Positions 21,459-34,012 of a DNA stretch of 64,000 nt are shown piece after piece. The notes beneath the pieces were generated by a model that worked only from the letters and a program-made list of their open reading frames with translations, ran no database searches and was not told the origin of the DNA. This DNA is from an uncultured Spirochaetota bacterium (lineage in GTDB: Bacteria; Spirochaetota; Spirochaetia; SZUA-6; Fen-1364): NCBI GenBank assembly GCA_963781885.1, contig CAWAHW010000002.1, positions 1,344,001 to 1,408,000 on the forward strand, given 5' to 3'. A program made the position numbers and the translations under genes. Positions within the stretch are counted from its first letter, which is position 1, and each line of letters begins with the position of its first letter.

Positions 21459-22640
21459 ATGGCCAAGAAGACCGTTCGCGACGTGGACTTGAGAAACAAG
21501 CGCGTGCTCGTGCGCGTGGACTTCAACGTGCCCCTGAAGGACGGAAAGATCACGGATGACACGCGCATCACCGCTGCGCTGCCCACCCTCACGTACGTGC
21601 TGGACCAGAAAGGCGCGATGCTCATCCTCATGAGCCACCTGGGAAGGCCGAAAAAGCCCGATACGGAGAACAGCCTTGCGCCGGTGGCCGTCCGGCTCTC
21701 CGAGCTGCTCGGCCGGAAGGTGACGCTCGCCCCGGATTGCGTGGGGCCCGCGGCTGAGGCGGTCGTCAAGGCAATGAAGGCCGGCGATGTGGTGCTCCTG
21801 GAAAACGTGCGCTTCCACCCCGAGGAGGAGAAGAACGACCCCGGCTTCGCGCGGCAGCTCGCCTCGCTGGGGGACGTCTACGTCAACGATGCATTCGGCA
21901 CGGCGCACCGCGCCCACGCCTCCACGGAAGGCGTGGCGAAGATTCTGCCGGGCGTTGCCGGCTTCCTCATGGAAAAAGAGATCAAGTTCCTCGGCGGCGT
22001 GTTCGAGAAGCCCGCCCGCCCGTTTGTCGCGATCATCGGCGGGGCGAAGGTTTCCACGAAGATCGCCGTGCTCGAGTCCCTCCTGCCGCGCGTGAACACG
22101 ATGATCATCGGCGGCGGCATGTCGTTTACGTTCAGCAAGATGCAGGGCCATTCCATCGGAAAATCGATGGTGGAGGCGGATTTCCTCGACACGGCAAAAA
22201 TCTTCTTGGAAAAGGCCAAAAAGGCCGGTGTCGAGATACTCCTCCCGGTGGATCACTTGGTGGCCTCGGAGTTTGTCGAGACGGCCACGTCGGAGCTCGT
22301 GGACAGCGTTGATGTCCCCGACGGAAAGATTGCGATGGATATTGGTCCGAAGACGGTGGCGCTTTTCCGCGGACGCATCCAGAAGGCGAAAACAGTGCTC
22401 TGGAACGGGCCCATGGGCGTGTTCGAGTTCCCCGCATTCGCAAAGGGAACGCAGGACATCGCGCGCGCAGTCGCCGATTGCAAGGGAACAACGGTCGTCG
22501 GAGGCGGGGATTCCGTGGCGGCCGTCAACCAGTTCGGCCTGGCGGCAAAGATCACGCACGTCTCCACGGGCGGCGGCGCCTCGCTCGAGCTCCTGGAAGG
22601 CAAGCAGCTTCCCGGCGTCGTGGCACTCCAGGACAGGTAG
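21459..22640 (+). CDS. pgk: phosphoglycerate kinase
   Basis: [40 protein letters not shown]; SD AAGGAG. Confidence 0.98.
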   Translation: MAKKTVRDVDLRNKRVLVRVDFNVPLKDGKITDDTRITAALPTLTYVLDQKGAMLILMSHLGRPKKPDTENSLAPVAVRLSELLGRKVTLAPDCVGPAAEAVVKAMKAGDVVLLENVRFHPEEEKNDPGFARQLASLGDVYVNDAFGTAHRAHASTEGVAKILPGVAGFLMEKEIKFLGGVFEKPARPFVAIIGGAKVSTKIAVLESLLPRVNTMIIGGGMSFTFSKMQGHSIGKSMVEADFLDTAKIFLEKAKKAGVEILLPVDHLVASEFVETATSELVDSVDVPDGKIAMDIGPKTVALFRGRIQKAKTVLWNGPMGVFEFPAFAKGTQDIARAVADCKGTTVVGGGDSVAAVNQFGLAAKITHVSTGGGASLELLEGKQLPGVVALQDR

Positions 22641-22647
22641 GAAAGAG

Positions 22648-23403
22648 ATGCGCCAACCCTATATCGCCGGCAATTGGAAGATGTATAAAACCGTCTCCGA
22701 AGCCACCGCTCTCGCGGGCGCCCTGGTTGCCGCCGTCGGCAAAGACACGGGCAGGAAGATGATGATTGCGCCTCCCTTTACCGCGCTGCATGCGGTGCGC
22801 GACGTCCTGAAAGGCTCGAAAATCCTGCTGGGCGCGCAGAATGCGTGCGCCGAGCTGGAAGGCGCTCATACCGGGGAAGTCTCCCTGCGCATGCTTCGCG
22901 ATGCCGGCGTGACGGTCGTGATACTCGGCCATTCGGAGCGCCGCCACGTCTATGGAGAGACGGACGCCCTGGTGAACCGAAAGGTGAAGCTTGCCCTCAC
23001 GGAAGGTTTCGAGGTCATCCTCTGCGTCGGTGAAACCCTCGATGAGCGGCAGAAGGGCGTGACGGAAAAGGTCGTGGAAAGCCAGACGCGCGAAGGCCTC
23101 GCGGCCGTCGCCGAAAGGGACCTGGGCAGGGTCACCATCGCCTACGAGCCCGTGTGGGCAATCGGAACGGGAAAGAATGCAACGCCGCAGGACGCGGACG
23201 CGGTGCATCGATTCATCCGGACGGTCATCTCCCAGATGTACGGGGCGGAGGCGGCGCAGGCGCTCACGATACAGTACGGCGGCTCCGTGAAACCGGACAA
23301 TGTCCGCGATCTCATGAAGATGGAGAATATCGACGGCGCGCTGGTCGGCGGGGCGTCCCTCAAGCCGGAAACATTCCTGCCCATCGTGCAATTCGATCGA
23401 TAA
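22648..23403 (+). CDS. tpiA: triosephosphate isomerase
   Basis: [35 protein letters not shown]. Confidence 0.98.
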   Translation: MRQPYIAGNWKMYKTVSEATALAGALVAAVGKDTGRKMMIAPPFTALHAVRDVLKGSKILLGAQNACAELEGAHTGEVSLRMLRDAGVTVVILGHSERRHVYGETDALVNRKVKLALTEGFEVILCVGETLDERQKGVTEKVVESQTREGLAAVAERDLGRVTIAYEPVWAIGTGKNATPQDADAVHRFIRTVISQMYGAEAAQALTIQYGGSVKPDNVRDLMKMENIDGALVGGASLKPETFLPIVQFDR

Positions 23404-23416
23404 GGGGGTTCGACAC

Positions 23417-23926
23417 ATGGGTGTCATCGGAATCGTGCTTCTTGTCATCCTCATCATCAGCGCAATCCTGCTGGTCCTCGTCGTGCTCGTGCAGGACGAC
23501 CAGGGCGAAGGCATCGGCGGCATATTCGGCGGCGGCAGCAATACCGCCTTCGGTTCGCGCTCGGGAAACGTGCTCACGCGATTCACGTCCGTGCTCGCTG
23601 CCATTTTCCTCATCTGCTGCTTCGGCGTCGCGTGGGTGAACAGGGCGCCGACCACGGGGAACGTCCTGAGCAAGGCGCGCCAGCAGGCGCTCAGCAATAC
23701 CACCCAGCAGAGCTGGTACCAGCAGACCACGACCACCGGCTCCACCGTGACCCCCGCCGGCACGCCGGTCTCGAGCACCACGACGCCCGCGGCGACAACG
23801 CCGGCATCCGGCAGCGCGACGGCCCCTGCTGCCGCGGCAAAGCCGGCGCCCGCGGGCGGCGCCACCGCGCCCGCTCCCGCAGTACCCGCGCCCTCAGCCG
23901 GCGGCACCGGCAAGGGAGGCCAGTAG
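23417..23926 (+). CDS. secG: preprotein translocase SecG with long Thr/Ala/Pro-rich tail
   Basis: VLVQDDQGEGIGGIFGGG...LTRFT; follows tpiA. Confidence 0.9.
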   Translation: MGVIGIVLLVILIISAILLVLVVLVQDDQGEGIGGIFGGGSNTAFGSRSGNVLTRFTSVLAAIFLICCFGVAWVNRAPTTGNVLSKARQQALSNTTQQSWYQQTTTTGSTVTPAGTPVSSTTTPAATTPASGSATAPAAAAKPAPAGGATAPAPAVPAPSAGGTGKGGQ

Positions 23927-23927
23927 G

Positions 23928-24410
23928 GTGCCATTGCTCCTGCAAGAGCTTTTCGTTCCGGGCCGGATCAAGTGCCATCTCGAGTCTGAAGACAAGGCCG
24001 AAGCCTTTGAAGAGCTCGTGGACCTCCTGGTCACGCACTATGGGCTGGATTGCCGCGACGAGATCCTGGATGCCATCAACAGGCGCGAGGCCAAGATGTC
24101 CACGGGGATCAAGAGGGGAATCGCCATCCCGCACGCCAAGACGTCGTTCACCCGCGGCGTGATCGGCGTGCTGGGAATTTCCGACCGCGGAATCGACTAC
24201 GAATCGATGGACGGCGAGCCGGTGCGTCTGCTTTTCCTGCTCGTGAGCTCCGACGAGGATGCGGCGACGCATCTGGCCGTTCTGAAAAAGATCGCTCTCC
24301 TGGTGGAAAGCCCGGAGTTCTATGCCGAGGTCTGCGCGGCGGCGGATGCGGAAACGGTCCACCGCATCATCCGCTCGTATGAAGAAATCCTCGACGGGCA
24401 GGACGAGTAG
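23928..24410 (+). CDS. PTS EIIA (Fru/Ntr type) protein
   Basis: RE.KMSTGIKRGIAIPHAK with phospho-His, SMDGEPVRLLFLL, HLAVL. Confidence 0.9.
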   Translation: MPLLLQELFVPGRIKCHLESEDKAEAFEELVDLLVTHYGLDCRDEILDAINRREAKMSTGIKRGIAIPHAKTSFTRGVIGVLGISDRGIDYESMDGEPVRLLFLLVSSDEDAATHLAVLKKIALLVESPEFYAEVCAAADAETVHRIIRSYEEILDGQDE

Positions 24411-24442
24411 CCCCGGGCGCTTGCGGAAGGAACAGGTACACG

Positions 24443-24748
24443 ATGGCAGACATGCTTGAAAAGCTCCTCGGCGTTGAAAAAGGCGCTGCATCCCTGATCA
24501 CCGACGCTGAGGCGGAAGTCGCGCGCAAGACGGCGCAGGCGCGCATGGACGCGCAGAAAGAATCGGCCTCCGCCTTGAAGGAAAAGGCGGCCGAAATGGA
24601 GCGCTCCGTCATCGCGGAAAAGGCGAGCCTTGCCGCGGAGCGCGCGGCAAAGACGGCGGCGTACCGTGAATCGCTTGCCAAGCGCGCCCCCGACGAGCAG
24701 GCATTCCGGCGGGCGGCGCTGGGCTTCATCGACAAAGGCGCGACATGA
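24443..24748 (+). CDS. A/V-type ATPase peripheral stalk subunit G/H
   Basis: Ala/Glu/Lys coiled coil; first gene of the ATPase cluster. Confidence 0.7.
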   Translation: MADMLEKLLGVEKGAASLITDAEAEVARKTAQARMDAQKESASALKEKAAEMERSVIAEKASLAAERAAKTAAYRESLAKRAPDEQAFRRAALGFIDKGAT

Positions 24749-25740
24749 GCCGTGCTTCCCGCTACGGGTTCATCCTCGCGAAGGTCTACGGGATCATGGC
24801 CCGTTCCTTCGTCGGGAAGAACTTCCAGGACCTCCTTCGGCTGAAGAAGCTTTCCGAGCTGCACGACACTCTTTTTCCCGGGGAAAAGCCTGCCGGGGCC
24901 GAGCAGCCCGTCGCGGAGGACCTGGAGCTCCGTATCGTGCAGGCCGGCATCGATGCGATGACGTACGTGCTGGATTTCCTCGGCGAACCGGTGGAAATAC
25001 TGGTCCACGTGCTGCGCAGGCTGGAGTACCAGAACGTGAAGACGATCATCCGTCGTCTTCGCGGCGGATCGACGGAGGGCATGCATCTCTGGGATCTGGG
25101 AGAATACGCGGGTCTGCGCCTGGACGGCGTCAAGGATTACGAAAAGGCCCTGAAGGCAAGCCCTTACGCGTGGGTTCTTCCCCGGCTCGCAGAGACGTCG
25201 ATCGCGCAGGCGGAAAACGCCCTTGACCTTGACTACTATGCGCGATTCCTCAGCCTGGCCGAACGGCTTCCCACTCGTGACCGGACGGGCATCCTCCGGC
25301 TCGTGCACCAGGAAGCGGCGCTTGCAAACGTGATCTGGGCGCTGCGCCTGAGGTTCTATTTCGGCATGGATGAAGTCCGGGCCCGTCCGATGCTGATACC
25401 GGGGCTATCCTCCGCGCAGAAAGCGGCTGTTTCGCAGGTGTTTCAGATCGCCCCGGATGCCATCGAGGACTGGCGCAAGTGGAAGTACGGCTGGCTCCTT
25501 GAAGACCAGCTTGCGGAATCCTTCCAGGCGCCGAACCCGCTGCGCGCCGAGCAGAAGGCCGCCGGGATGCTCTCCACACGGGCTCACCAGATCTTTCACC
25601 AGAGCCCCTTCACGCTCTGTCCCCTCGTGGCGTATTTCAAGCTGAAGGAATACGAGATCGCTCTCCTGAAGACCGCCGTGGAAGCGCTCCATTTTTCCCT
25701 GCCGGAGCAGGAGGTCCTGGCCATGGTGGGGGCTTCCTGA
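24745..25740 (+). CDS. A/V-type ATPase subunit C
   Basis: YGFILAKV, ENALDLDYY, NVIWALRL, AYFKLKEYEI; position in operon. Confidence 0.8.
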   Translation: MSRASRYGFILAKVYGIMARSFVGKNFQDLLRLKKLSELHDTLFPGEKPAGAEQPVAEDLELRIVQAGIDAMTYVLDFLGEPVEILVHVLRRLEYQNVKTIIRRLRGGSTEGMHLWDLGEYAGLRLDGVKDYEKALKASPYAWVLPRLAETSIAQAENALDLDYYARFLSLAERLPTRDRTGILRLVHQEAALANVIWALRLRFYFGMDEVRARPMLIPGLSSAQKAAVSQVFQIAPDAIEDWRKWKYGWLLEDQLAESFQAPNPLRAEQKAAGMLSTRAHQIFHQSPFTLCPLVAYFKLKEYEIALLKTAVEALHFSLPEQEVLAMVGAS

Positions 25741-27737
25741 TGCTGTTCACCGAGCGCATGAAGAAGATCGAGCTCCTCATCATGAAGAGCGACACGGATG
25801 CCGTGATGCGCTATCTGGGTTTCGCCGGCTGCGTGCAGATGATCGCAGAGGGCCGCGAGCAGCACGACCTGTCGGCTGAGGAGCGCGATATCGCCGAGCT
25901 CAAGGTGCGGCTCTCCGCGCTCGCGCGTTTCCTCGGTATCGACGAGACGGTCCCCGGGGAAGGAGAGGTGAGGGAAGCGCCCGGCCGCGACGAGCTTCGC
26001 GCCCGGTCGGAAGCGCTCATCGAGTCGGCGCGGGTGCTCGTGGAAGAGGAGAGCCGTCTCCTGCAGCGCAAGCTGGAGCTGAAGCAGACGACAGACGAGC
26101 TTTCGACGTTCGTGCACGTGAAGGTGCCCTTTTCCCAGATGACGAATCTCGCCTACCTCGTGGTGCGCGTCGGATCCGTCGCACCGGATCGCCTGCAAGG
26201 TCTCACGGCGCGCCTGGCGCGGCGGGCGCTGATCCTGCCGCTGGACAAGCCGGGTCATTTCATCGCGGTGACGCCGAAGAAGGGCCGGTGGGCGCTGGAT
26301 TCCGAGCTTGCCCGCGTGGAGTTCCAGGCCGCCCAGTTTCCGGCCGGCATGACCGGTGTGCCGTCTGACATGCTCGCCGCGCTCGCGGCGGAAAGCGACA
26401 GCGTGCAGGCCTCGTTGAAAGCGCTCGACGCGCGCAAGGCCGCGATCCGCGACGAAAAAGGCGGCGAGCTTTCCTACCTCCTGGCGCAGCTCGACCTCGA
26501 TTCCACGATCGACGCCGTCACGCAGGGCCTCGCGTCCACCGGGAGCGTGCAAAGGATCACCGGCTGGATTCCGACGCGCCGGTTCTCCGAGGTGACGGAA
26601 GGGATCGCAGAGCTCACGCAGGGGAGAATTGCGCTTCGCTCCTACGACCCCGAGGAGCTGCCGGAGGTGAAGGCGGGCAAAACCAAGGTCCCCGTCTCCA
26701 CGCCTCACGGCCCCGTGACGCGGTCTTTCGAGCGCATGGTGTTCACGTACAGCATCCCCCTGTACGGCACGGTCGATCCGACCCCCTTCGTCGCGGTGAT
26801 GTTCGTGCTGCTTTTCGCCATCATGTTCGGCGACGTCGGCCAGGGATTTGTCGGCGTGGTCATCGGGCTCCTCATCAACAGCGGCCGCATCGCCTCGTTC
26901 CAGACGTATCGGAAGAAGCATTTCGGCACGGCCTTCATCGCCGCGGGGCTCGCCTCCATGGTGAGCGGCTTTTTCTACGGCTCCTTTTTCGCCTCCGAGC
27001 ATTTCCTGGAGCCTGCCTCCCGCTTCGTGACGCAGCTCGTCGTCGGACGGCCCATCGATCACATCATCTCCCTCCAGGGCTTTCAGAAAATTGTTCTCTT
27101 CTTCGGCGTGACCATTGGCATAGGGGCCATCATCAACACGATTGGTCTCATCATCAACCTCATTAACACGATCAAGCGCCGGGAATGGGAAAAGGCGATC
27201 CTGTCGAAGACCGGGCTCGCGGGCGCCGTCTTCTTCTGGTACGTGCTCTCCGTGGTCATCCGGATCCTGCTGGGCGGCCATATCTCGATCGTCGACTTCG
27301 TCGTGCTGGCCGTTCCCCTTCTTGCGCTGTTCTTCAAGGATCCCATCGTACGTCTGGTGGAGGGTCATCGCCCCATCCTGACCGAAGGGCTCTTTGCCTT
27401 CATCATGGGTGGGATTGCGGAGATCCTGGAGTCGGCAATCTATTACGTGTCGAACTCCGTCTCTTTCCTGCGCGTGGCGGCATTCGCCCTTGCCCACACG
27501 GTGCTCAGCACGATCATCTTCCTCATGGCTGACATGGTGGGCGGTGCGCCGGGCGGCATCGCGTTCAAGATACTCGTCATCCTGATCGGCAACAGCATCA
27601 TCATCGTGCTGGAAGGCTTGATCGTGACGATCCAGGTCGTGCGGCTCCAGTACTACGAGTTCTTTTCCAAGTTCTTCAATGAGTCGGGGGAGGAGTTCTC
27701 CCCGTTCATTCTGCGTCCATCGGGAGGTGTGAGGTGA
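25740..27737 (+). CDS. A/V-type ATPase subunit I (a)
   Basis: GWIP, DPTP, MFGDVGQG, SNSVSFLRVAAFALAH, RLQYYEFFSKF. Confidence 0.95.
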   Translation: MLFTERMKKIELLIMKSDTDAVMRYLGFAGCVQMIAEGREQHDLSAEERDIAELKVRLSALARFLGIDETVPGEGEVREAPGRDELRARSEALIESARVLVEEESRLLQRKLELKQTTDELSTFVHVKVPFSQMTNLAYLVVRVGSVAPDRLQGLTARLARRALILPLDKPGHFIAVTPKKGRWALDSELARVEFQAAQFPAGMTGVPSDMLAALAAESDSVQASLKALDARKAAIRDEKGGELSYLLAQLDLDSTIDAVTQGLASTGSVQRITGWIPTRRFSEVTEGIAELTQGRIALRSYDPEELPEVKAGKTKVPVSTPHGPVTRSFERMVFTYSIPLYGTVDPTPFVAVMFVLLFAIMFGDVGQGFVGVVIGLLINSGRIASFQTYRKKHFGTAFIAAGLASMVSGFFYGSFFASEHFLEPASRFVTQLVVGRPIDHIISLQGFQKIVLFFGVTIGIGAIINTIGLIINLINTIKRREWEKAILSKTGLAGAVFFWYVLSVVIRILLGGHISIVDFVVLAVPLLALFFKDPIVRLVEGHRPILTEGLFAFIMGGIAEILESAIYYVSNSVSFLRVAAFALAHTVLSTIIFLMADMVGGAPGGIAFKILVILIGNSIIIVLEGLIVTIQVVRLQYYEFFSKFFNESGEEFSPFILRPSGGVR

Positions 27738-28033
27738 AGAAAACTTTCCTGGTCTCCGTCGGGCTCATGCTGGTCGCCGGCGTGCCCATGCTCTTCGCGC
27801 AGGCGGCCGCACCGGCGGCGTCGGGGTCGGTGATCAAGTACATCGCGGCGGCCGTCGCCGTGGGTCTTGCCTGTCTCGGCGGCGGCATCGCGGTCGGCCA
27901 GATCGGCGCCGCGGCAATGGCGGCCATGTCGGAGAACCCCGAGCTGTCCGGTCGCGCCATCCCCTTTGTCGGGCTGGCCGAGGGAATCTGTCTCTGGGGC
28001 TTCATCGTGGCCCTGATGATCCTCTCCGCATAG
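27734..28033 (+). CDS. A/V-type ATPase subunit K (c, proteolipid)
   Basis: GLACLGGGIAVG, SENPE, GLAEGICLWG. Confidence 0.92.
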   Translation: MKKTFLVSVGLMLVAGVPMLFAQAAAPAASGSVIKYIAAAVAVGLACLGGGIAVGQIGAAAMAAMSENPELSGRAIPFVGLAEGICLWGFIVALMILSA

Positions 28034-28049
28034 AGGGAGGCGAGCCCGC

Positions 28050-28355
28050 GTGGCTTTCCATTTCATCGGGGGTGAGGAGCTTGCCATCGGATTCCGGTTC
28101 GTCGGCATCGCGGGAACCGTGGTGCGGACAGCGGAAGAGGCGCGCGCCGCGTTCACGGCCGTGACGCGCGATCCTGACGCCAAGGTCATGATCCTCACGG
28201 AGCAGATCTCCGCGATGATCCCCTCCGAGGTGATGGCGTGGCAGCTGAGCGGGGCGTATCCGCTCATCGTGGAGATACCCGACATCGGGGGCCACGAGGA
28301 GAATCGCACGAGCCTCATCGACTCGATCCGGGACGCCGTGGGACTCCACGTGTAG
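28050..28355 (+). CDS. A/V-type ATPase subunit F
   Basis: IGGEELAIGFRFVGI, PLIVEIP, IRDAVG. Confidence 0.9.
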   Translation: MAFHFIGGEELAIGFRFVGIAGTVVRTAEEARAAFTAVTRDPDAKVMILTEQISAMIPSEVMAWQLSGAYPLIVEIPDIGGHEENRTSLIDSIRDAVGLHV

Positions 28356-28382
28356 GGTTCCCGCCGAAGGGAGAACTGCGGA

Positions 28383-28999
28383 ATGGAAACCGTCAAGACC
28401 AGCGAGGTGCTGGAGTCGCAGATCATCGAGGACGCGCGCGCGAAGGCGCGGCGCATCCTGGAGGCCGCGGATCGCGAATGCGCCGCCATCCGGGCGCAGT
28501 GGGAATCCCACCGTGACGCCGAGATCCACAGGATGGAAGCGGCGCGCGACGCCAGGATCGCCCTCATGCGGCAGGAGCTTGCATCGTCGCTGCCGCTGGA
28601 CTTCATGCGCTTGAAGCTCGCCTTCCTCCAGCAGGGCGTCGCGGGGGCGATGGAGCGTTTCTTCGCGTCGCTTTCGGCGGAGGAGCGCGCGCGCATCATC
28701 GGCGCACTGCTCGCACGGGCGGCGTCGGCATTCAATGGCGCCCGTGTGACGGCCGGCTACGCCGGTCTCACGGAAAAAGAGACGCGCGCCATCATCAAGG
28801 ATTCCCTGCCGGGCGTCACCGTCGGGGAGGTCACCCAGCTCACCGGGGATGCCGCCGTGGAAGCGGGCACGGGCATCATGGTGGAGACAGCAGACGGCAG
28901 CCGGCGCTACCGCGGCTCGCTGGTGGAGCTTGCCGGCTTCCTCCTGGAGGAGTACCGCGAAGAGCTCGCCACGGCCTTATTCGGAAAAGACGTGCATCA

Positions 29000-29003
<4 letters not shown>
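28383..29003 (+). CDS. A/V-type ATPase subunit E
   Basis: [16 protein letters not shown] coiled coil plus GIMVE C-domain. Confidence 0.8.
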
Positions 29004-30750
<1,747 letters not shown>

Positions 30751-30754
<4 letters not shown>

Positions 30755-32166
30755 AGGGCCTGGAATATCGGGGTCTCACGAAGGTGGACGGCCCCATCAT
30801 CATCCTCAACCGCACGGAGGACGTCGGCCTCGGCGAGCTCGTGCGCGTCTACGACCGCGGCCGCGCGGAACGGGCCGGCCGCATCATCGAGCTGTCGGAG
30901 AAGGCAGTGGCCGTGCAGATATTCGGCACGAACACGGGTCTTTCCATCGATACCTCGTCCGTGGAGTTCAGCGGAAAGCCAATGGAGATGCGCGTCTCCC
31001 GCGACATGCTCGGCCGCATCTACGACGGGCTGGGAAAGCCCATCGACGGCTATCCCGAATCGTGGAGCTCCCTGCGCCTGGACGTGAACGGCATCCCGAT
31101 CAACCCCGATGCGCGCACGTATCCCCGGGACTTCATCCAGACGGGCATCTCCTGCATCGACGGCATGAACACGCTCATCCGCGGCCAGAAGCTGCCGATC
31201 TTCTCGGGCAACGGGCTGCCCCACAACCGCCTCGCCGCGCAGATCATCCGGCAGGCGAAGATCCTCACCTCCGACGAGCCGTTCGTCATGGTATTCGCGG
31301 CCATGGGCGTGAAGTACGACGTGGCGCGCTTCTTCATCGACTCATTCGAGGCAAGCGGCGTTCTTGCCAACGTCGTCATGTTCCTCTCCCTTGCGGACGA
31401 CCCTTCGATTGAAAGGCTCATCACGCCGCGCTGCGCCCTCACGGCGGCGGAATACCTGGCCTACACCTGCGACATGCACGTGCTGGTGGTCATGACGGAC
31501 ATGACGAACTACTGCGAGTCGCTGCGGGAGGTTTCAACAATCCGCGGGGAGATACCTTCCCGCAAGGGCTACCCCGGCTACCTCTATTCCGACCTTGCCT
31601 CTCTCTACGAGCGGGCGGGCAAGATCGAGAACTCCGCCGGCTCCATCACCCAGATCCCGGTCCTCACGATGCCCAGCGACGACATCTCCCATCCGGTGCC
31701 CGACCTCTCGGGCTACATCACCGAAGGGCAGATCGTGCTCGACCGCGAGCTGTTCCAGAAGGGCATCTATCCGCCGGTCGCGGGACTGCCTTCCCTCTCG
31801 CGCCTCATGAAGGACGGCATCGGCCCCGGCATGACGCGGGAGGATCACAAGGAGGTCTCTTCCCAGCTCTTTGCCGCCTACTCGCGCGTCCGCAGCATCC
31901 GATCGCTTGCCGCCGTCATCGGGGAGGAGGAGCTCTCGGACCTCGACAAGCAGTACCTGACCTTCGGGGACCGGTTCGAGCGCGAGTTTCTCGCGCAGGG
32001 CGAGCACGAAAATCGCACCATCGACCAGACGCTCGACATCGGCTGGAACATACTCGGCGCCCTGCCGCGCTCCGAGCTCTATCGCGTGAGGGAGGAGACT
32101 CTCCAGAAGCATTTCCATCCTGAGACGGCAAAGACGCCGGAGCCCGCGCGGACGGGAAAGCGCTGA
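30751..32166 (+). CDS. atpB: A/V-type ATP synthase subunit B
   Basis: [35 protein letters not shown]. Confidence 0.97.
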
Positions 32167-32167
32167 C

Positions 32168-32797
32168 ATGGCGCGCTACGACGTCCCCCCGACAAAATCG
32201 TCCCTCTTCGCGGTCAAGGAGCAGCTGACTATTGCGCGGGAAGGCTTCGAGCTCCTGGAGCAGAAGAGAGAGATACTCGTCATGGAGCTCATGCGCATGG
32301 TGGAGGAAGTGAAGCTTCTCGAGCGCGACATGGAGAAGAGGATCACCACTGCCTACGGCTCCCTGCGCCAGATGATCGTCCGCATGGGCCGCGAGACGGC
32401 GGACGAGGTGAGCAACGGCATCCAGTTCGCCTACGCGACACGGGAGAAGCACGGCAAGCTTATGGGCATTCCGATGCCCACTCTCGACATGGACATGCCT
32501 CGCCTGGAGCTGAAGTACTCCTTCATGAGCAGCACGAGTGCCTGCGACGCGACGACGATCGAGTTCTTCGAGCTCGTGAAGCTCGTCGCACGCATGGCGG
32601 AGATCCGAACGACCGTCTGGCGTCTTGCAAAGGAAGTGCGGAAGACCCAGCGCCGGGTGAACGCGCTGGAAAAGATCGTGATCCCGGATGTCGTGGACAC
32701 GAAGAAGTTCATCGAAGGCGTGCTGGAGGAGAGGGAGCGCGAGGTTTTCTTCGTTCAGAAGATCCTCAAGGCACGGCTGCTGGGAGACAGGGTATGA
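32168..32797 (+). CDS. atpD: A/V-type ATP synthase subunit D
   Basis: PTKSSL, LLEQKREIL, KTQRRVNALEKIVIP. Confidence 0.95.
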   Translation: MARYDVPPTKSSLFAVKEQLTIAREGFELLEQKREILVMELMRMVEEVKLLERDMEKRITTAYGSLRQMIVRMGRETADEVSNGIQFAYATREKHGKLMGIPMPTLDMDMPRLELKYSFMSSTSACDATTIEFFELVKLVARMAEIRTTVWRLAKEVRKTQRRVNALEKIVIPDVVDTKKFIEGVLEEREREVFFVQKILKARLLGDRV

Positions 32798-33276
32798 AGG
32801 GGATCATTCAGACGGTGCTCGTGGCGGTAAGCGGATCTTCCTCCTCCCTGGCGGCGGCAAAGTACGGCATCGTGATGGCAAAGATGCACAAATGCCGGCT
32901 CGTGGCGGTCTATGTCGTGGATACGGCAACGCTGAAAGAGCTCTTGATTTCGAAAATATTCGTGGAGGACGAGAGCGCCGACTACGAAAAAAGCCTGGAG
33001 AGCAACGGCGAGCGTTACCTGAACTATATCGAGGAGCTGGCCCGCAAGAAAGGCATCCAGGTGGAAAAGACCCTGCGAAAAGGATCCATATCGACCGAAG
33101 TCGTCGAGGCGGCTCAGGAGTGCAAGGCGGACATCGTGCTGGTTGGGGGCTTCAAGGACAACGGAATACTCCACGATGCGATAAGCCGGCAGCAACGGGA
33201 TATCCTGAAAAATGCCGAATGCTCGGTGTTAGTTGTCAAACAACCCGACATTGACTCGATCTACCAGAAGCTATAA
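32794..33276 (+). CDS. universal stress protein
   Basis: VLVAVSGS, YVVD, ADIVLVG, ILKNAECSVLVVK; ATGA-coupled to atpD. Confidence 0.9.
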   Translation: MKGIIQTVLVAVSGSSSSLAAAKYGIVMAKMHKCRLVAVYVVDTATLKELLISKIFVEDESADYEKSLESNGERYLNYIEELARKKGIQVEKTLRKGSISTEVVEAAQECKADIVLVGGFKDNGILHDAISRQQRDILKNAECSVLVVKQPDIDSIYQKL

Positions 33277-33305
33277 GGCTGCGATAGTATCAGATATATG
33301 CGATA

Positions 33306-33334
33306 TTGACACAAACCTATTATGACTATATGTT
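33306..33334 (+). promoter_or_regulatory. sigma70-type promoter, leaderless geometry, with overlapping inverted repeat
   Basis: TTGACA-N17-TATGTT-N6-GTG(33341) in an AT-rich gap. Confidence 0.65.
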
Positions 33335-33340
33335 TGGATC

Positions 33341-34012
33341 GTGGCTGATATATTACAAAGGGTGGTCAGCCTTTTCGACGACCTGATCGCTCAAGGCGAG
33401 CAATTGCGCGACGCATGCAAGAAAATGTATTTCGCCGGCGCCAAGAAAGCTATTGATGCGCAGGTATTCGAGGCGTGGCGCACGAGCTGTCTGACGCTCC
33501 TTCGATCGACTTTCGGGACCTCCAGCCCTCACTTCGACAGCTTCGTCAATCTGAAATTTTTCGATCATTACAATTCGACCCTCCTCTATCTTGGCATCCT
33601 GCAGGGCGCCCGGGAGGACCTGCGCAAAGGGTACTTCTATCACAAGGACCTGATGCTCAGCGTCAATATATTCAATTCTTTTCTGTCGCACGCCCTCGCG
33701 TTTTGCGAAAAGGGCCAGACGGAGAAGGCCGTCGGCATACTGGATTCGGTGGTGAACGACGCGCTGCGGAAGCTGGCAGAATCTCACGGGCTCGCGCCCC
33801 AGGTGCCGGACGACATCATGGCGGCGGCCGATGCGCTTGTCCGTACGGAAGCCATTTCCAGCGAAACGAAGGAAAGCCTCTGCGCGCTGCAGCATTACCT
33901 CAGCGGCGATGGGCAGGTCGAGCAGGCTTCTGGGCTCTTCCAGAAGTGGCATGACTGGACGCAGAAGTTTCTTTACGAATACCTCGGGGCGCGCATCGTC
34001 ATTGTGAACTAG
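33341..34012 (+). CDS. hypothetical protein, HEPN/DUF4145-like, lacking the RxxxxH motif
   Basis: WRTSCLTLL.STFG..SPHF, GILQGAREDL, AVGILDSVVNDALRKLA resemble DUF4145-like proteins; family call by eye. Confidence 0.55.
   Translation: MADILQRVVSLFDDLIAQGEQLRDACKKMYFAGAKKAIDAQVFEAWRTSCLTLLRSTFGTSSPHFDSFVNLKFFDHYNSTLLYLGILQGAREDLRKGYFYHKDLMLSVNIFNSFLSHALAFCEKGQTEKAVGILDSVVNDALRKLAESHGLAPQVPDDIMAAADALVRTEAISSETKESLCALQHYLSGDGQVEQASGLFQKWHDWTQKFLYEYLGARIVIVN

Noticed and set aside
22228-22647. Pgk-Tpi fusion or N-terminally extended TpiA (likewise the long upstream extensions shown for atpB, mutS2, the MBL gene and the 39622 TPR ORF)
   Set aside because: pgk ends at its own TAG (22640) and tpiA has a separate ATG at 22648; the extensions are longest-ORF artefacts overlapping upstream genes.
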